From NCBI GenBank assembly GCA_021463465.1, contig JAJTYH010000003.1:211549-275548 (forward strand): a stretch of 64,000 nt of DNA. The letters are read 5' to 3'. The notes below the pieces were generated by a model. The model saw only the letters and a program-made list of their open reading frames with translations. It had not been told where the DNA came from and did no database searches. Made by a program: the position numbers and the translations under genes. Origin of the DNA: a bacterium (GTDB taxonomy: Bacteria > Patescibacteriota > Dojkabacteria > SC72). Shown piece after piece: positions 11,149-20,376 of this stretch. The number at the start of each line of letters is the position of its first letter. Position 1 is the first letter of the stretch.

Positions 11149-11562
11149 ATGATGCAACCTAAGAAAACAAAATATACCAAAGGAATGAAAGGCAGAGTCA
11201 GGGGTATGGCTACATCCAATAACGGTGTTGATTTTGGTGAATACGGTTTGAAGACAGTGGATTCTGGTTGGGTTAATGCTAAGGAGATTGAGGCTGCAAG
11301 AAGGGCAATAACCGGTCATATGAAACGAAAAGGTAAAGTATGGATTAAGATTTTCCCCCATAAACCCTTTACAAGGAAACCTAACAACGTGAAAATGATT
11401 GGTGGTAAGGGAAGCGTTGAAGGGTATGTCGCTACTGTAAGGCCAGGAAATGTACTTTTTGAACTTAGTGGTGTTGATGAGCCTACCGCACGTGAAGCGA
11501 TGCGACTTGGAGCTCAAAAGCTCTCTGTTATGACTAAATTCGTTACCCGGTCTGGATTCTAA
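11149..11562 (+). CDS. rplP: 50S ribosomal protein L16
   Basis: MMQPKKTKYTKGMKGR N-terminus. Confidence 0.95.
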   Translation: MMQPKKTKYTKGMKGRVRGMATSNNGVDFGEYGLKTVDSGWVNAKEIEAARRAITGHMKRKGKVWIKIFPHKPFTRKPNNVKMIGGKGSVEGYVATVRPGNVLFELSGVDEPTAREAMRLGAQKLSVMTKFVTRSGF

Positions 11563-11756
11563 TGAAAGCTACTGCAGTACGAAAAATGGAAGAGAGTGCT
11601 ATCCGAAAAGAATTAGTAAAGCTTTATGAGGATTTGAAGCAGAGTGTTGAGGATACTCGACTTGGAAAAGAGAAGGATTCGCAAAAAAGCTTGAAGATAA
11701 AAAGAAATATTGCTAGAATGCTAACCGTTTTGCGTGAAATGAATTTTAAGAAATAA
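11562..11756 (+). CDS. rpmC: 50S ribosomal protein L29
   Basis: Operon position, TAATG overlap, 64 aa helical. Confidence 0.85.
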   Translation: MKATAVRKMEESAIRKELVKLYEDLKQSVEDTRLGKEKDSQKSLKIKRNIARMLTVLREMNFKK

Positions 11757-11758
11757 TT

Positions 11759-12013
11759 ATGAAAAAGAGTAAAGCAGAGGTAAAAGTTACAAATCGCCGA
11801 ATCCTTGAAGGGGTAGTAGTCAGTAATAAGATGGTTAAGACAGTAAAGGTTTTGATTGAATATTTGCAAGCTCATCCAAGATACAAAAAGGTTATTACCA
11901 AACGAAAAACATACTTTGCTCATACAGAGAAAGAATTGAAAGAAGGCGATAAAGTTAAGATTAAAGAAAGCCGACCATACTCTAAAAATGTAAGGTGGGT
12001 GGTAGTTGATTAA
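11759..12013 (+). CDS. rpsQ: 30S ribosomal protein S17
   Basis: Operon position; S17-like OB fold. Confidence 0.9.
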   Translation: MKKSKAEVKVTNRRILEGVVVSNKMVKTVKVLIEYLQAHPRYKKVITKRKTYFAHTEKELKEGDKVKIKESRPYSKNVRWVVVD

Positions 12014-12015
12014 TT

Positions 12016-12387
12016 ATGGTTCAGTTAAATACTTTACTAACAGTTGCAGATAATAGCGGAGCCAGAGTTGCTAAACTGATTGGTATCCCTGGATATTCTC
12101 GACGTAGATGGGCAAGAGTTGGTGATTTGATAACTGTAGCTGTACATGAAGCTATTCCTAATGCACCTGTGAAAAATCATCAGGTAAGTAGAGCGGTTGT
12201 GGTTCGTACAGCTAAGGAAACCAAGCGAAAAGATGGATCGTATATTAGATTTGATGATAATGCTTGTGTTTTGCTAGATAGCAAGACCAAAAATCCTAAA
12301 GGAACTAGAATTTTTGGTCCGCTCTCTAGAGAGTTAAAGGAGAGAGGTTATGACAAGATAGTTTCGTTAGCGGTGGAGGTACTTTAA
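12016..12387 (+). CDS. rplN: 50S ribosomal protein L14
   Basis: VADNSGAR motif. Confidence 0.95.
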   Translation: MVQLNTLLTVADNSGARVAKLIGIPGYSRRRWARVGDLITVAVHEAIPNAPVKNHQVSRAVVVRTAKETKRKDGSYIRFDDNACVLLDSKTKNPKGTRIFGPLSRELKERGYDKIVSLAVEVL

Positions 12388-12773
12388 TGAATATCAAAAA
12401 AGGAGATACAATAAAAGTATTATACGGGAAGGACTCAGGAAAGACTGGGGAAGTTTTAGCTGTTTTACCTAAGACTGATAAAATATTAGTCTCAGGTGTT
12501 AACAAAGTAACTCGCCATGTTAAGGGTGATGGTAAAAAGCGAAAGTCAGAGATTGTGATTGTAGAGAGGCCTTTGACAGCTTCTAAGGTTATGGTGATAT
12601 GCCCTAACTGTAAGAAACCTACGAGAATTGGAACGCAGAGAAAGGGAGCTGGTTACGTTCGTGTTTGTAAACAGTGTGGAAAAGAGTTTGCAGCAACTGT
12701 TAAAGCTGAAAAAGTGGAGAAGGTAACTGAAAAGAAAGAAGTTAAACCAAAGAAAAAGACAAGTAAAAAATAA
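12387..12773 (+). CDS. rplX: 50S ribosomal protein L24 with C-terminal zinc-ribbon and Lys-rich extension
   Basis: KOW core IKKGDTIKVLYGKDSGKTG; extra CPNC...CKQC motif and a K-rich tail. Confidence 0.85.
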   Translation: MNIKKGDTIKVLYGKDSGKTGEVLAVLPKTDKILVSGVNKVTRHVKGDGKKRKSEIVIVERPLTASKVMVICPNCKKPTRIGTQRKGAGYVRVCKQCGKEFAATVKAEKVEKVTEKKEVKPKKKTSKK

Positions 12774-13330
12774 TGAGTGCTAGATTAAGAGAAGAATACA
12801 AATCAAAAGTAAGAGGAGAGTTAATGAAAGAGGGTAACTTCTCTACTGTTATGGCGGTACCAACCTTTTCCAAGATTGTTATCAATTCTGGTGTAGGTGA
12901 GGCCACTACCAATAAAGGTGCACTAGATGAAGTAAGTGAGATTTTAACTCGTATTGTCGGTCAAAAAACTGTCATAACCAAAGCGAAGAAGGCTGTCTCA
13001 GCTTTTAAAGTAAGAGAAGGTATGGAAATTGGAGTTATGGCAACCCTTCGTGGTGATCGAATGTGGGAGTTCTTAGACAAATTGATAAATGTAGTATTAC
13101 CTCGTACCAAAGACTTTAGAGGTTTGAACCCTAAAGCCTTTGACGGCGTAGGTAACTATGCGATGGGTATTAAAGAGCACACTGTCTTTCCTGAGATTGA
13201 TACTAATAAAGTTCAGAAGATTAGACCATTGCAGATAATTATTGTTACGACAGCGAAAAACGATCAGGATGCGAAAGCACTTTTAACTAAATTCGGATTC
13301 CCATTCAAAGAAGATGGCGACAGAAGCTAA
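12773..13330 (+). CDS. rplE: 50S ribosomal protein L5
   Basis: Operon position; L5-like. Confidence 0.94.
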   Translation: MSARLREEYKSKVRGELMKEGNFSTVMAVPTFSKIVINSGVGEATTNKGALDEVSEILTRIVGQKTVITKAKKAVSAFKVREGMEIGVMATLRGDRMWEFLDKLINVVLPRTKDFRGLNPKAFDGVGNYAMGIKEHTVFPEIDTNKVQKIRPLQIIIVTTAKNDQDAKALLTKFGFPFKEDGDRS

Positions 13331-13508
13331 AAAAGCACAAGTAGTAAAGCTTAAAAAGAAGGCAAAATACTCTTCGAGAGTGTATAATAGATGCCAAAAT
13401 TGTGGTAGAGCTAGAGGATATTTGAGAATGTATGGGCTTTGCAGAATTTGTTTAAAGAAATTAGCTAGTGACGGAGAGATTCCTGGAGTTAAGAAATCAA
13501 TTTGGTAA
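13314..13508 (+). CDS. rpsZ: 30S ribosomal protein S14 type Z (zinc-binding)
   Basis: CQNCGR...CRIC zinc motif; about 64 aa. Confidence 0.9.
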   Translation: MATEAKKAQVVKLKKKAKYSSRVYNRCQNCGRARGYLRMYGLCRICLKKLASDGEIPGVKKSIW

Positions 13509-13524
13509 TTTAAGTAAAGTATAT

Positions 13525-13905
13525 ATGGTTACAGACACAGTTGCAGACTTTTTGGCAAGAATGCAAAACGGAATAGTTCGAAAGAAAGATAGTATATTGG
13601 CACCTAAGACTAGAATGGTCCTTGAGATTACTAGAATTTTAAAAGAAGAGGGTATGATTGAAGGCTTTGAAGAGAATGATGGTGTAGTTAATGTGATTGT
13701 GAAGTATGTAGAAGGTGAGCCAATGGTTACTAAGTTTGTCAGAATAAGTAAGCCTGGTCAGAGAGTATATGTTGGTGCCAAAGAGATTTTACCAGTAATG
13801 AACGGCAGAGGGATCTCCATTGTTAGTACCTCTAAGGGTATGCTAAGTGGAGGAGTGGCCAAGAAACAAGGTATTGGCGGTGAATTAATATGTGAGATTT
13901 GGTAA
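13525..13905 (+). CDS. rpsH: 30S ribosomal protein S8
   Basis: Start moved to MVTDTVADFLARMQN (ATG at 13525) to avoid overlap with rpsZ. Confidence 0.9.
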   Translation: MVTDTVADFLARMQNGIVRKKDSILAPKTRMVLEITRILKEEGMIEGFEENDGVVNVIVKYVEGEPMVTKFVRISKPGQRVYVGAKEILPVMNGRGISIVSTSKGMLSGGVAKKQGIGGELICEIW

Positions 13906-13910
13906 TTGCT

Positions 13911-14459
13911 ATGTCAAGAGTAGGACTTAATCCAATCAAAATTGAAGAAGGTGTTCAGGTCACACTTGAGGGTAAGGATGTCTTAATTAAGGGTCCAAAA
14001 GGAGAGCTTAAGATAACTCTTCCTTGGAAGCTCGATTTAGATATCAAAGAGGGGGTTGTTGCTGTGAAGAGAACTGAGGAAGATCTTAAAACGAAGGCTT
14101 CGCACGGAACGTTTAGAATGCTGATTGACAATGCGATTGAAGGTGTGAAGAACGGTTTTAATCGCAATTTGGAATTAGTTGGTGTAGGTTACCGAGCGCG
14201 AATGGAAGGTACAGCTTTAGTGATGAACTTAGGGCTTAATCATCCAGTGAAGTTTGAAGCTCCCGAGGGTATTACTATTGAAGTACCTGAAGAAACCAAG
14301 ATTTTCATTAAAGGAATTGATAAGCAGAAGGTTGGAGAATTTGCAGCAAAGGTAAGAGAATTCAAGAAACCTGAACCTTACAAGGGTAAAGGAATTAGAT
14401 ATGAAGGGGAATATGTCCGGAGAAAGAGTTCTAAATCAGGAGTAACATCTAAGAAGTAA
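13911..14459 (+). CDS. rplF: 50S ribosomal protein L6
   Basis: MSRVGLNPIKI N-terminus. Confidence 0.9.
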   Translation: MSRVGLNPIKIEEGVQVTLEGKDVLIKGPKGELKITLPWKLDLDIKEGVVAVKRTEEDLKTKASHGTFRMLIDNAIEGVKNGFNRNLELVGVGYRARMEGTALVMNLGLNHPVKFEAPEGITIEVPEETKIFIKGIDKQKVGEFAAKVREFKKPEPYKGKGIRYEGEYVRRKSSKSGVTSKK

Positions 14460-14464
14460 AGATT

Positions 14465-14788
14465 ATGAGTAAAGTAACACCAAGAGAAAGGCGAAAAAAG
14501 CGAGTACGTAAAATCTTAAGTGGTACTGAAAGCCGACCTAGAGTTTTTGTATTCAAGAGTAACAAGTATTTACATGCAGGAGTCGCAGATGATATTGCGG
14601 GAAAAGTTTTGTTTGGAGCTACTGGTGCAAAGAATACTGCAGGTGCATCTAAGCTTGCTGAAGAGATTGCAAAACTACTTAAAAGTAAGAAATTGAGCGA
14701 GGCAGTATTTGATCGTAGTGGTTACAAGTATCATGGGGTACTTGCGAAATTTACTGACACCTTAAGAGAAAAAGGAATTAAGATATAA
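14465..14788 (+). CDS. rplR: 50S ribosomal protein L18
   Basis: Operon position; L18-like. Confidence 0.9.
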   Translation: MSKVTPRERRKKRVRKILSGTESRPRVFVFKSNKYLHAGVADDIAGKVLFGATGAKNTAGASKLAEEIAKLLKSKKLSEAVFDRSGYKYHGVLAKFTDTLREKGIKI

Positions 14789-14791
14789 TAC

Positions 14792-15415
14792 ATGGCAATG
14801 GAAAGATATAGAGAAAAAAGAGAAAATCGAGGCTATGACCGTAAAGTGGTCAGTATTCGTAGAGTCGCAAAAGTCAGAGCTGGTGGAAAGAACATGCGAT
14901 TTAGCGTGATGATTGTTGCAGGTGATCGCAAAGGTAGAGTTGGTGTATCTATGGGTAAAGGACTTGATACTCGATCCGCTTCAGAGAAAGCTGAACGCCG
15001 AGCTTCTACGTCAATGCGAAAGATTGAATTGATTGGTGATACTATTCCTCATGAAATTCTACATAAGACTGGTGCTGCTAAGATCTTGCTCAGACCTGCA
15101 AAACCAGGTACTGGTATTGTAGCTGGAGCTGCAGGAAGAAATGTACTTGAGATGGCAGGTATTGAGAATGTGTACTGCAAGCAGTTAGGTTCAAGTGATA
15201 TCATTGCTAACACCTACTGTGTTTACGAAGCGCTCTTGCTTTTGAGAAAAGGTAGAGTTTTGGAGCGAATGGGTAAGATGAGAGAACGAATTGGAATCAA
15301 AGAGAAAATTGACCAGGAGCGAATGAAGAAAGCTGCAAAGAAGAAAACCGAAAAGAGAGAATTTAAAGTTAGATCCAGAAGAGATGCAACTCGAAAGAAT
15401 ACCAAGAAGAAATAA
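14792..15415 (+). CDS. rpsE: 30S ribosomal protein S5 with about 40-aa Lys/Arg-rich C-terminal tail
   Basis: S5 core (RVAKVRAGGKNMRFSVMIVAGD); tail KKAAKKKTEKREFKVRSRRDATRKNTKKK. Confidence 0.93.
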   Translation: MAMERYREKRENRGYDRKVVSIRRVAKVRAGGKNMRFSVMIVAGDRKGRVGVSMGKGLDTRSASEKAERRASTSMRKIELIGDTIPHEILHKTGAAKILLRPAKPGTGIVAGAAGRNVLEMAGIENVYCKQLGSSDIIANTYCVYEALLLLRKGRVLERMGKMRERIGIKEKIDQERMKKAAKKKTEKREFKVRSRRDATRKNTKKK

Positions 15416-15422
15416 AAGAAAA

Positions 15423-15824
15423 ATGCCAAGTAAAAGACTTGGTAGAGGCGTGGGTTCCGGCGTAGGTGGTCACACCGTAGGTCGTGGACAGAAAGGTCAG
15501 AAATCAAGATCTGGTCACAAATCTACTATCTTTTTTGAAGGTGGGAACAGACCTTTCTTTAGTCGTGTACCGAAATATCCTGGATTTAAGAAAAAAGCAG
15601 AGGCCCATGAAGCTGTTAACTTGGGTACCTTAGATAAAGCTTTTAAAGTAGGCGAAGATGTTACATTGGAGGCTTTAAAGAGTAAAGGGTTGGTGCGTAA
15701 AAGAGTGAACTTGGTAAAGATTTTGAGTAGTGGCGAATTAACTAAGAAGCTTAACATTGTTGGATTGCCTCTTTCGGAAAGCGCAATGGAAAAGCTTACG
15801 AAAGCTGGCGGATTGGTAAAGTAA
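15423..15824 (+). CDS. rplO: 50S ribosomal protein L15
   Basis: MPSKRLGRGVGSGVGGHTVGRG; follows rpsE after a 7-nt gap, so there is no L30 gene. Confidence 0.9.
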   Translation: MPSKRLGRGVGSGVGGHTVGRGQKGQKSRSGHKSTIFFEGGNRPFFSRVPKYPGFKKKAEAHEAVNLGTLDKAFKVGEDVTLEALKSKGLVRKRVNLVKILSSGELTKKLNIVGLPLSESAMEKLTKAGGLVK

Positions 15825-15828
15825 AGAT

Positions 15829-17097
15829 ATGTTCAGAAATCTGCTAAATAGTATTGCCAACCTTTTCAAATCTGAAGAGGTTAGAAGAAAGGTGTTTTTC
15901 TCCCTTGTGATTTTGATAGTATTCCGAATTTTGGCAAGTATTCCTGTGGTTGGTATCCCGTCTGATGCAATTGCAAGATTATTTGCTGGAAGTAATTTCG
16001 GTGAATTACTCTCAACAATTTCAGGAGGAGTTCTGGAAACTGCATCTATAATTGCAATTGGTTTGAACCCTTATATTAATGCTTCTGTTACTCTTCAACT
16101 TCTGACCCCCGTAATCCCAAGACTTAAAGAACTTCGTAAAGAAGGATCGCAAGGCAGAAGGATTATTAGTATGTATACAAGGTGGCTGACTATTCCTTTG
16201 GCAATAATGCAATCGTTTGTAATCTACTCGACATTGAGAGGTTTTGGCTTGGTATCAGAGCTGTCTACATTAGAACTAACAGCAATGGTGGCTACTTTAA
16301 CTGGTGGTTCGATTTTGATGATGTGGTTGGGAGAGCTTATATCCGAAGACGGGATCGGCAGCGGTAGTTCTTACCTTATTTTTCTTGGGATTCTCTCCGT
16401 TATTCCTGGAAATGTTATTAACAACTTCCGAGTTATGGATCCTACACAGAAGCTAATGTTCATTCTAATGAATATGGGTATTATTCTTCTCGTTGTACTT
16501 ATTTCTGAAGCTGAAAGAAGGATTAAAGTTCAATATTCACGAAGAGTCCGTGCAGGAGGGACTTTGGATAGCCACATACCATTGAAACTTACACAGTCAG
16601 GAGTCATGCCAGTGATTTTTGCTATTTCACTACTCTCATTCCCTCAGCTTATTGCACAGTTCTTATTAAGTAGAGATATTAATTCGCAAGTTAACGGATG
16701 GGCTAATTGGGTAATTCAGACGTTAGCTAATCCTTACGTTCAGAATATTGGGACTTTTGTACTTGTAATCCTGTTCTCGCTTTTCTACATAACAGTTGTA
16801 TTTGATACAGATGAGATATCACAAGATTTGCAGAAGAACGGGGCTTTCATACAAGGAATTAGGCCAGGTAAGAGTACTTCAAAGTATCTTGCTGCTACTG
16901 CTTTTAAACTTACAGCTATTGGATCTTTAATTCTTGCCGTCCTTTCTGTTCTACCGAATATTTTGCTTGAGACTGGTTTTCTCACCTCGGTCATGATTAC
17001 AGGAACAGGATTCTTAATTTTAGTTGGTACAGCTTTGGATATGCGCAGACAGGTTAAATCGCTAGCTGTCGTCCGAGATTACAAACGGTACCTTTAA
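15829..17097 (+). CDS. secY: preprotein translocase SecY
   Basis: 10-TM protein at the canonical position after rplO. Confidence 0.95.
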   Translation: MFRNLLNSIANLFKSEEVRRKVFFSLVILIVFRILASIPVVGIPSDAIARLFAGSNFGELLSTISGGVLETASIIAIGLNPYINASVTLQLLTPVIPRLKELRKEGSQGRRIISMYTRWLTIPLAIMQSFVIYSTLRGFGLVSELSTLELTAMVATLTGGSILMMWLGELISEDGIGSGSSYLIFLGILSVIPGNVINNFRVMDPTQKLMFILMNMGIILLVVLISEAERRIKVQYSRRVRAGGTLDSHIPLKLTQSGVMPVIFAISLLSFPQLIAQFLLSRDINSQVNGWANWVIQTLANPYVQNIGTFVLVILFSLFYITVVFDTDEISQDLQKNGAFIQGIRPGKSTSKYLAATAFKLTAIGSLILAVLSVLPNILLETGFLTSVMITGTGFLILVGTALDMRRQVKSLAVVRDYKRYL

Positions 17098-17113
17098 TTA
17101 TTACCCTTTTGTT

Positions 17114-17764
17114 ATGAAAACAATTCTTTTCCATGGCCAGGCAGGAAGTGGTAAGGATACTCAGGTAGAGAAATTGTTGGAGAAATTCCCAGTTGAACGA
17201 ATTGCTACTGGTGCTATGTTTCGAACTATGAGCTCTGAGGGTGATCCAGATGCAGTAAAGGCTATGTCTAAAGTGGATAATGGGATATGGCCCACTCCCG
17301 AAGAGACCTACGCACTTGTAGGAAAATGGTTTAGCAGATTTGATAACAGTAAAGACTGGGTGCTAGTTTCAGTTGCAAGGTATGCGGAGCAAATTCCGTT
17401 CTTGGACGAAGCTCTTAAACCGTTTGACAGAGAAGTTGATTTAGTTATTCACTTTGTACTATCTGAGGAAGTTGCATTAGAGCGACTTGCTGGTCGTAAA
17501 ATTTGCGCTAAGTGCCAAGCTACTTACCACCCTAAATTCAAACCCGAAAAGGTAGAAGGCGTTTGCGATAGTTGCGGCAGTGAAATAGCGGTAAGGGTAG
17601 ATGATATGCCTGAGAAAATTAAGGAACGTTTCGCTCAGTATGCCAAGACGATCACTCCGTACTTAGACGAATATAAAAGTCGAGGAATATTGGTAGAAAT
17701 AGATGCTTCTGGAAGTATTGAGAATATCCATCAAGAAGTAGTTAAAGCCTTGGACTTGAAATGA
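17114..17764 (+). CDS. adk: adenylate kinase (zinc-lid type)
   Basis: GQAGSGKDTQ P-loop; CAKC...CDSC lid. Confidence 0.92.
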   Translation: MKTILFHGQAGSGKDTQVEKLLEKFPVERIATGAMFRTMSSEGDPDAVKAMSKVDNGIWPTPEETYALVGKWFSRFDNSKDWVLVSVARYAEQIPFLDEALKPFDREVDLVIHFVLSEEVALERLAGRKICAKCQATYHPKFKPEKVEGVCDSCGSEIAVRVDDMPEKIKERFAQYAKTITPYLDEYKSRGILVEIDASGSIENIHQEVVKALDLK

Positions 17765-18507
17765 AAGAGTACGTAGATATAGAGAAAATCGAGAAGATGG
17801 GGATTGCTGGAGATATTTTGTCAAATATTCTTAAAAAGCTATCAGATAAAGCTGGAATTGGTGTTAGACTTGATGAAATTGATGACCTTGCTGAAACGCT
17901 TTGTAAGCAAAACGGTGTTCTGCCGGCTTTCAAAGGATACGAGAACTTTCCCAAAGCTGTGTGTATAGGAGTAAATAATGTTGTGGTTCACGGTATTCCT
18001 AATGAAGATACCTTAAAAGATGGTGATATTGTGAGCATTGACATGGGAATTAAGTACCAGGATGTATACTCAGATTGTGCGGTGACAGTTGGGGTGGGTA
18101 AAATTTCCGCAAACGCACAAAAGCTTCTTGAGATAACGAAGAAAGCTGCCATGGATGCTATAAAAGAGGCGAAACCTGGTAAAAGAGTTGGAGATTTGGG
18201 TTTTGCAATGCAAAATGCTGCCGAAAGCAATGGTTTTTCCGTAGTACGGGAGATGACAGGTCATGGAATTGGCACAGCACTTCATGAAGAGCCGTATATT
18301 CCTTGTTATGGCATTAAAGGGCAGGGAGAAAGGCTATACGAAGGACAAACTCTGGCAATAGAGGCAATTGTTAACGAAGGTTCTCCTGATATCCGTATTT
18401 CGAGGGACGATGGTTGGACAAGTACGACTAAAGATGGTATGCTTTCAGCACTTTTTGAACACACAATTGTTGTTGGAAAGCAGCCTCAGATCCTTACCCG
18501 TTGGTAA
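17761..18507 (+). CDS. map: methionine aminopeptidase type I
   Basis: Pita-bread fold motifs; operon position. Confidence 0.92.
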   Translation: MKEYVDIEKIEKMGIAGDILSNILKKLSDKAGIGVRLDEIDDLAETLCKQNGVLPAFKGYENFPKAVCIGVNNVVVHGIPNEDTLKDGDIVSIDMGIKYQDVYSDCAVTVGVGKISANAQKLLEITKKAAMDAIKEAKPGKRVGDLGFAMQNAAESNGFSVVREMTGHGIGTALHEEPYIPCYGIKGQGERLYEGQTLAIEAIVNEGSPDIRISRDDGWTSTTKDGMLSALFEHTIVVGKQPQILTRW

Positions 18508-18536
18508 TTGCAAGAGGGCGTTCACTTTGATATAAT
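18508..18536 (+). promoter_or_regulatory. sigma70-like promoter upstream of infA (TTGCAA-17 nt-TATAAT)
   Basis: TTGCAA at 18508-18513, 17-nt spacer, TATAAT at 18531-18536. Confidence 0.4.
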
Positions 18537-18572
18537 CCGAAGGATTTTATATCACAGTGAGAAAATGGCTTT

Positions 18573-18806
18573 ATGTCACAAAAAGACAAGAATGTAATTG
18601 TGGTTGAAGGAGTGATTAAGGAGTGTTTGCCAGATACGCGATTTTTAGTAGAAATTGATATTAACGGCCAGAAGCACGAGATTCTGGGATATCTATCTGG
18701 GAAGATGCGTATGAATTATATTTGGTTGTTAGTGGGGGATAAGGTAAAACTTGAAATATCCCCGTACGATACCAAAATTGGACGAATAACATACAGAAAT
18801 AAGTAA
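18573..18806 (+). CDS. infA: translation initiation factor IF-1
   Basis: S1-like 77-aa protein with IF-1 signature. Confidence 0.93.
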   Translation: MSQKDKNVIVVEGVIKECLPDTRFLVEIDINGQKHEILGYLSGKMRMNYIWLLVGDKVKLEISPYDTKIGRITYRNK

Positions 18807-18807
18807 G

Positions 18808-18924
18808 ATGAAAGTACAGGCTTCGGTAAAAATCAGGTGCTCGGGCTGTTATACCGTAAGACGTAAAGGGAGAGTTTATGTATATTGCAAGAAGAATCCT
18901 AAGCATAAACAGAGACAAGGTTAA
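18808..18924 (+). CDS. rpmJ: 50S ribosomal protein L36 (zinc ribbon); below the ORF-track size cutoff
   Basis: Translation [38 protein letters not shown]; ATG sits 2 nt after the infA stop. Confidence 0.85.
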   Translation: MKVQASVKIRCSGCYTVRRKGRVYVYCKKNPKHKQRQG

Positions 18925-18945
18925 TATATTTAAATAGCAAGCTTA

Positions 18946-19329
18946 ATGGCAAGAGTCGCAGGAGTTGAAATACCAGATCAAAAGCGAGTATGGGTGGCAC
19001 TCACTCGAGTTTACGGTATCGGTCAGGTTACAGCGAAAAAGATTATTGCTGCCTTGAATATTGAGGATGCAACTAAACTTAAGGAGTTAGGTGAGAGCAA
19101 GCTTGATGAATTGAGAAAATATATTGAGAGTCATTTTCAAGTTGAAGGTGAGCTCAGACAAAGAATATTTCGTGATATTAAGAGGCTGAAAGATATTAAA
19201 TCTTACAGAGGTCAAAGACATAAAGTGGGTTTGCCAGTAAGAGGTCAGAGGACCAGACATAACGCACATACCAGAAAAGGTAGAGCACAGCCAGTTGGAG
19301 GGCTTAAACGTAAACTTGAGAAAACTTAA
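18946..19329 (+). CDS. rpsM: 30S ribosomal protein S13
   Basis: MARVAGVEIP N-terminus. Confidence 0.95.
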   Translation: MARVAGVEIPDQKRVWVALTRVYGIGQVTAKKIIAALNIEDATKLKELGESKLDELRKYIESHFQVEGELRQRIFRDIKRLKDIKSYRGQRHKVGLPVRGQRTRHNAHTRKGRAQPVGGLKRKLEKT

Positions 19330-19344
19330 AGTTAGGAAGCTATT

Positions 19345-19731
19345 ATGGAAACCAAGAAAGTTAAAAAAACAACTAAGCGAACAGTGCCTAACGGTATTGT
19401 CAGCGTGCAGTCTACTTTTAACAACACAATTATTACGATTTCAGATGAAGAGGGTAAAGTACTTGTGCAGGGAAGTCCTGCCAATGTTGGTTTTAAAGGA
19501 GCTAGACGGAGTACTGCTTTTGCAGCTACGAAAGCCGCTATGTATGCAGGTGATATTGCTGTAAAGAAATATGGAGTAAAAGAAGTTAAAGCTTTTTTGA
19601 AAGGACCTGGTGCTGGTAGAAATGCCGCCATCAAGGGTCTTGATTCTGCAGGAATCAGGGTAACGCTCTTAATTGATAGAACCCCACTTCCTCATAACGG
19701 TTGCAGGCCAAGAAAAGCGCCAAGAAAGTAA
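19345..19731 (+). CDS. rpsK: 30S ribosomal protein S11
   Basis: S11 signature; operon position. Confidence 0.95.
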   Translation: METKKVKKTTKRTVPNGIVSVQSTFNNTIITISDEEGKVLVQGSPANVGFKGARRSTAFAATKAAMYAGDIAVKKYGVKEVKAFLKGPGAGRNAAIKGLDSAGIRVTLLIDRTPLPHNGCRPRKAPRK

Positions 19732-19747
19732 TTTGAAATTTATATAA

Positions 19748-20359
19748 ATGGGTAGACATACAGGACCAAAAGAAAGACTAAGCAGACGAGAAGGAGTAAA
19801 CCTCTTTTTGAAGGGCAGTAGATCTTTTTCTCAGAAAGCTGGAACCGTAAGAAAGCCTTATGCACCAGGACAGCATGGTAATGCTAAGCGCGTAAGACTT
19901 TCTAACTTTGGACTTCAGCTCCGTGAAAAGCAAAAAGTAAAGAGACTTTATGGTTTACGTGAAAAACAGTTCAGGAATTTGGTTAATGAGGCTACTCGAA
20001 TTGGTAAATTGAAGAATTTGGATCGAGGTTTAGTACTTTTGCGAATGCTTGAGATGAGACTTGATAATGTTTTGTACCTTTTGGGAATGGCTGCTTCAAA
20101 GAATGCTGGTCGTCAATATGTTACACACGGACATGTTAAGGTTAATGGCAAAAAGATGAGTATCCCTTCTTACACAACTAAAGTAGGAGATATGGTTGAA
20201 TTGAAAGATAACAATCTTGCGCCATCAGAGGTTTTGCTTAAAACCCCTATGTGGTTAGAGAAAGATGGATCGAAAGGGAAAATTGTCGGTCAGCCTGAGC
20301 GTGATCAAATAGATGAAGGTATTAAGGAGAACTTAATAATTGAGTTCTATTCTAGATAA
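19748..20359 (+). CDS. rpsD: 30S ribosomal protein S4
   Basis: MGRHTGPKERLSRREG N-terminus. Confidence 0.95.
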   Translation: MGRHTGPKERLSRREGVNLFLKGSRSFSQKAGTVRKPYAPGQHGNAKRVRLSNFGLQLREKQKVKRLYGLREKQFRNLVNEATRIGKLKNLDRGLVLLRMLEMRLDNVLYLLGMAASKNAGRQYVTHGHVKVNGKKMSIPSYTTKVGDMVELKDNNLAPSEVLLKTPMWLEKDGSKGKIVGQPERDQIDEGIKENLIIEFYSR

Positions 20360-20376
20360 TTTTAATTAAACCATAA

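Noticed and set aside
15416-15422. A small unannotated rpmD between rpsE and rplO
   Set aside because: Only 7 nt separate the two genes, so there is no room. The S5 C-terminal tail has no L30 similarity.
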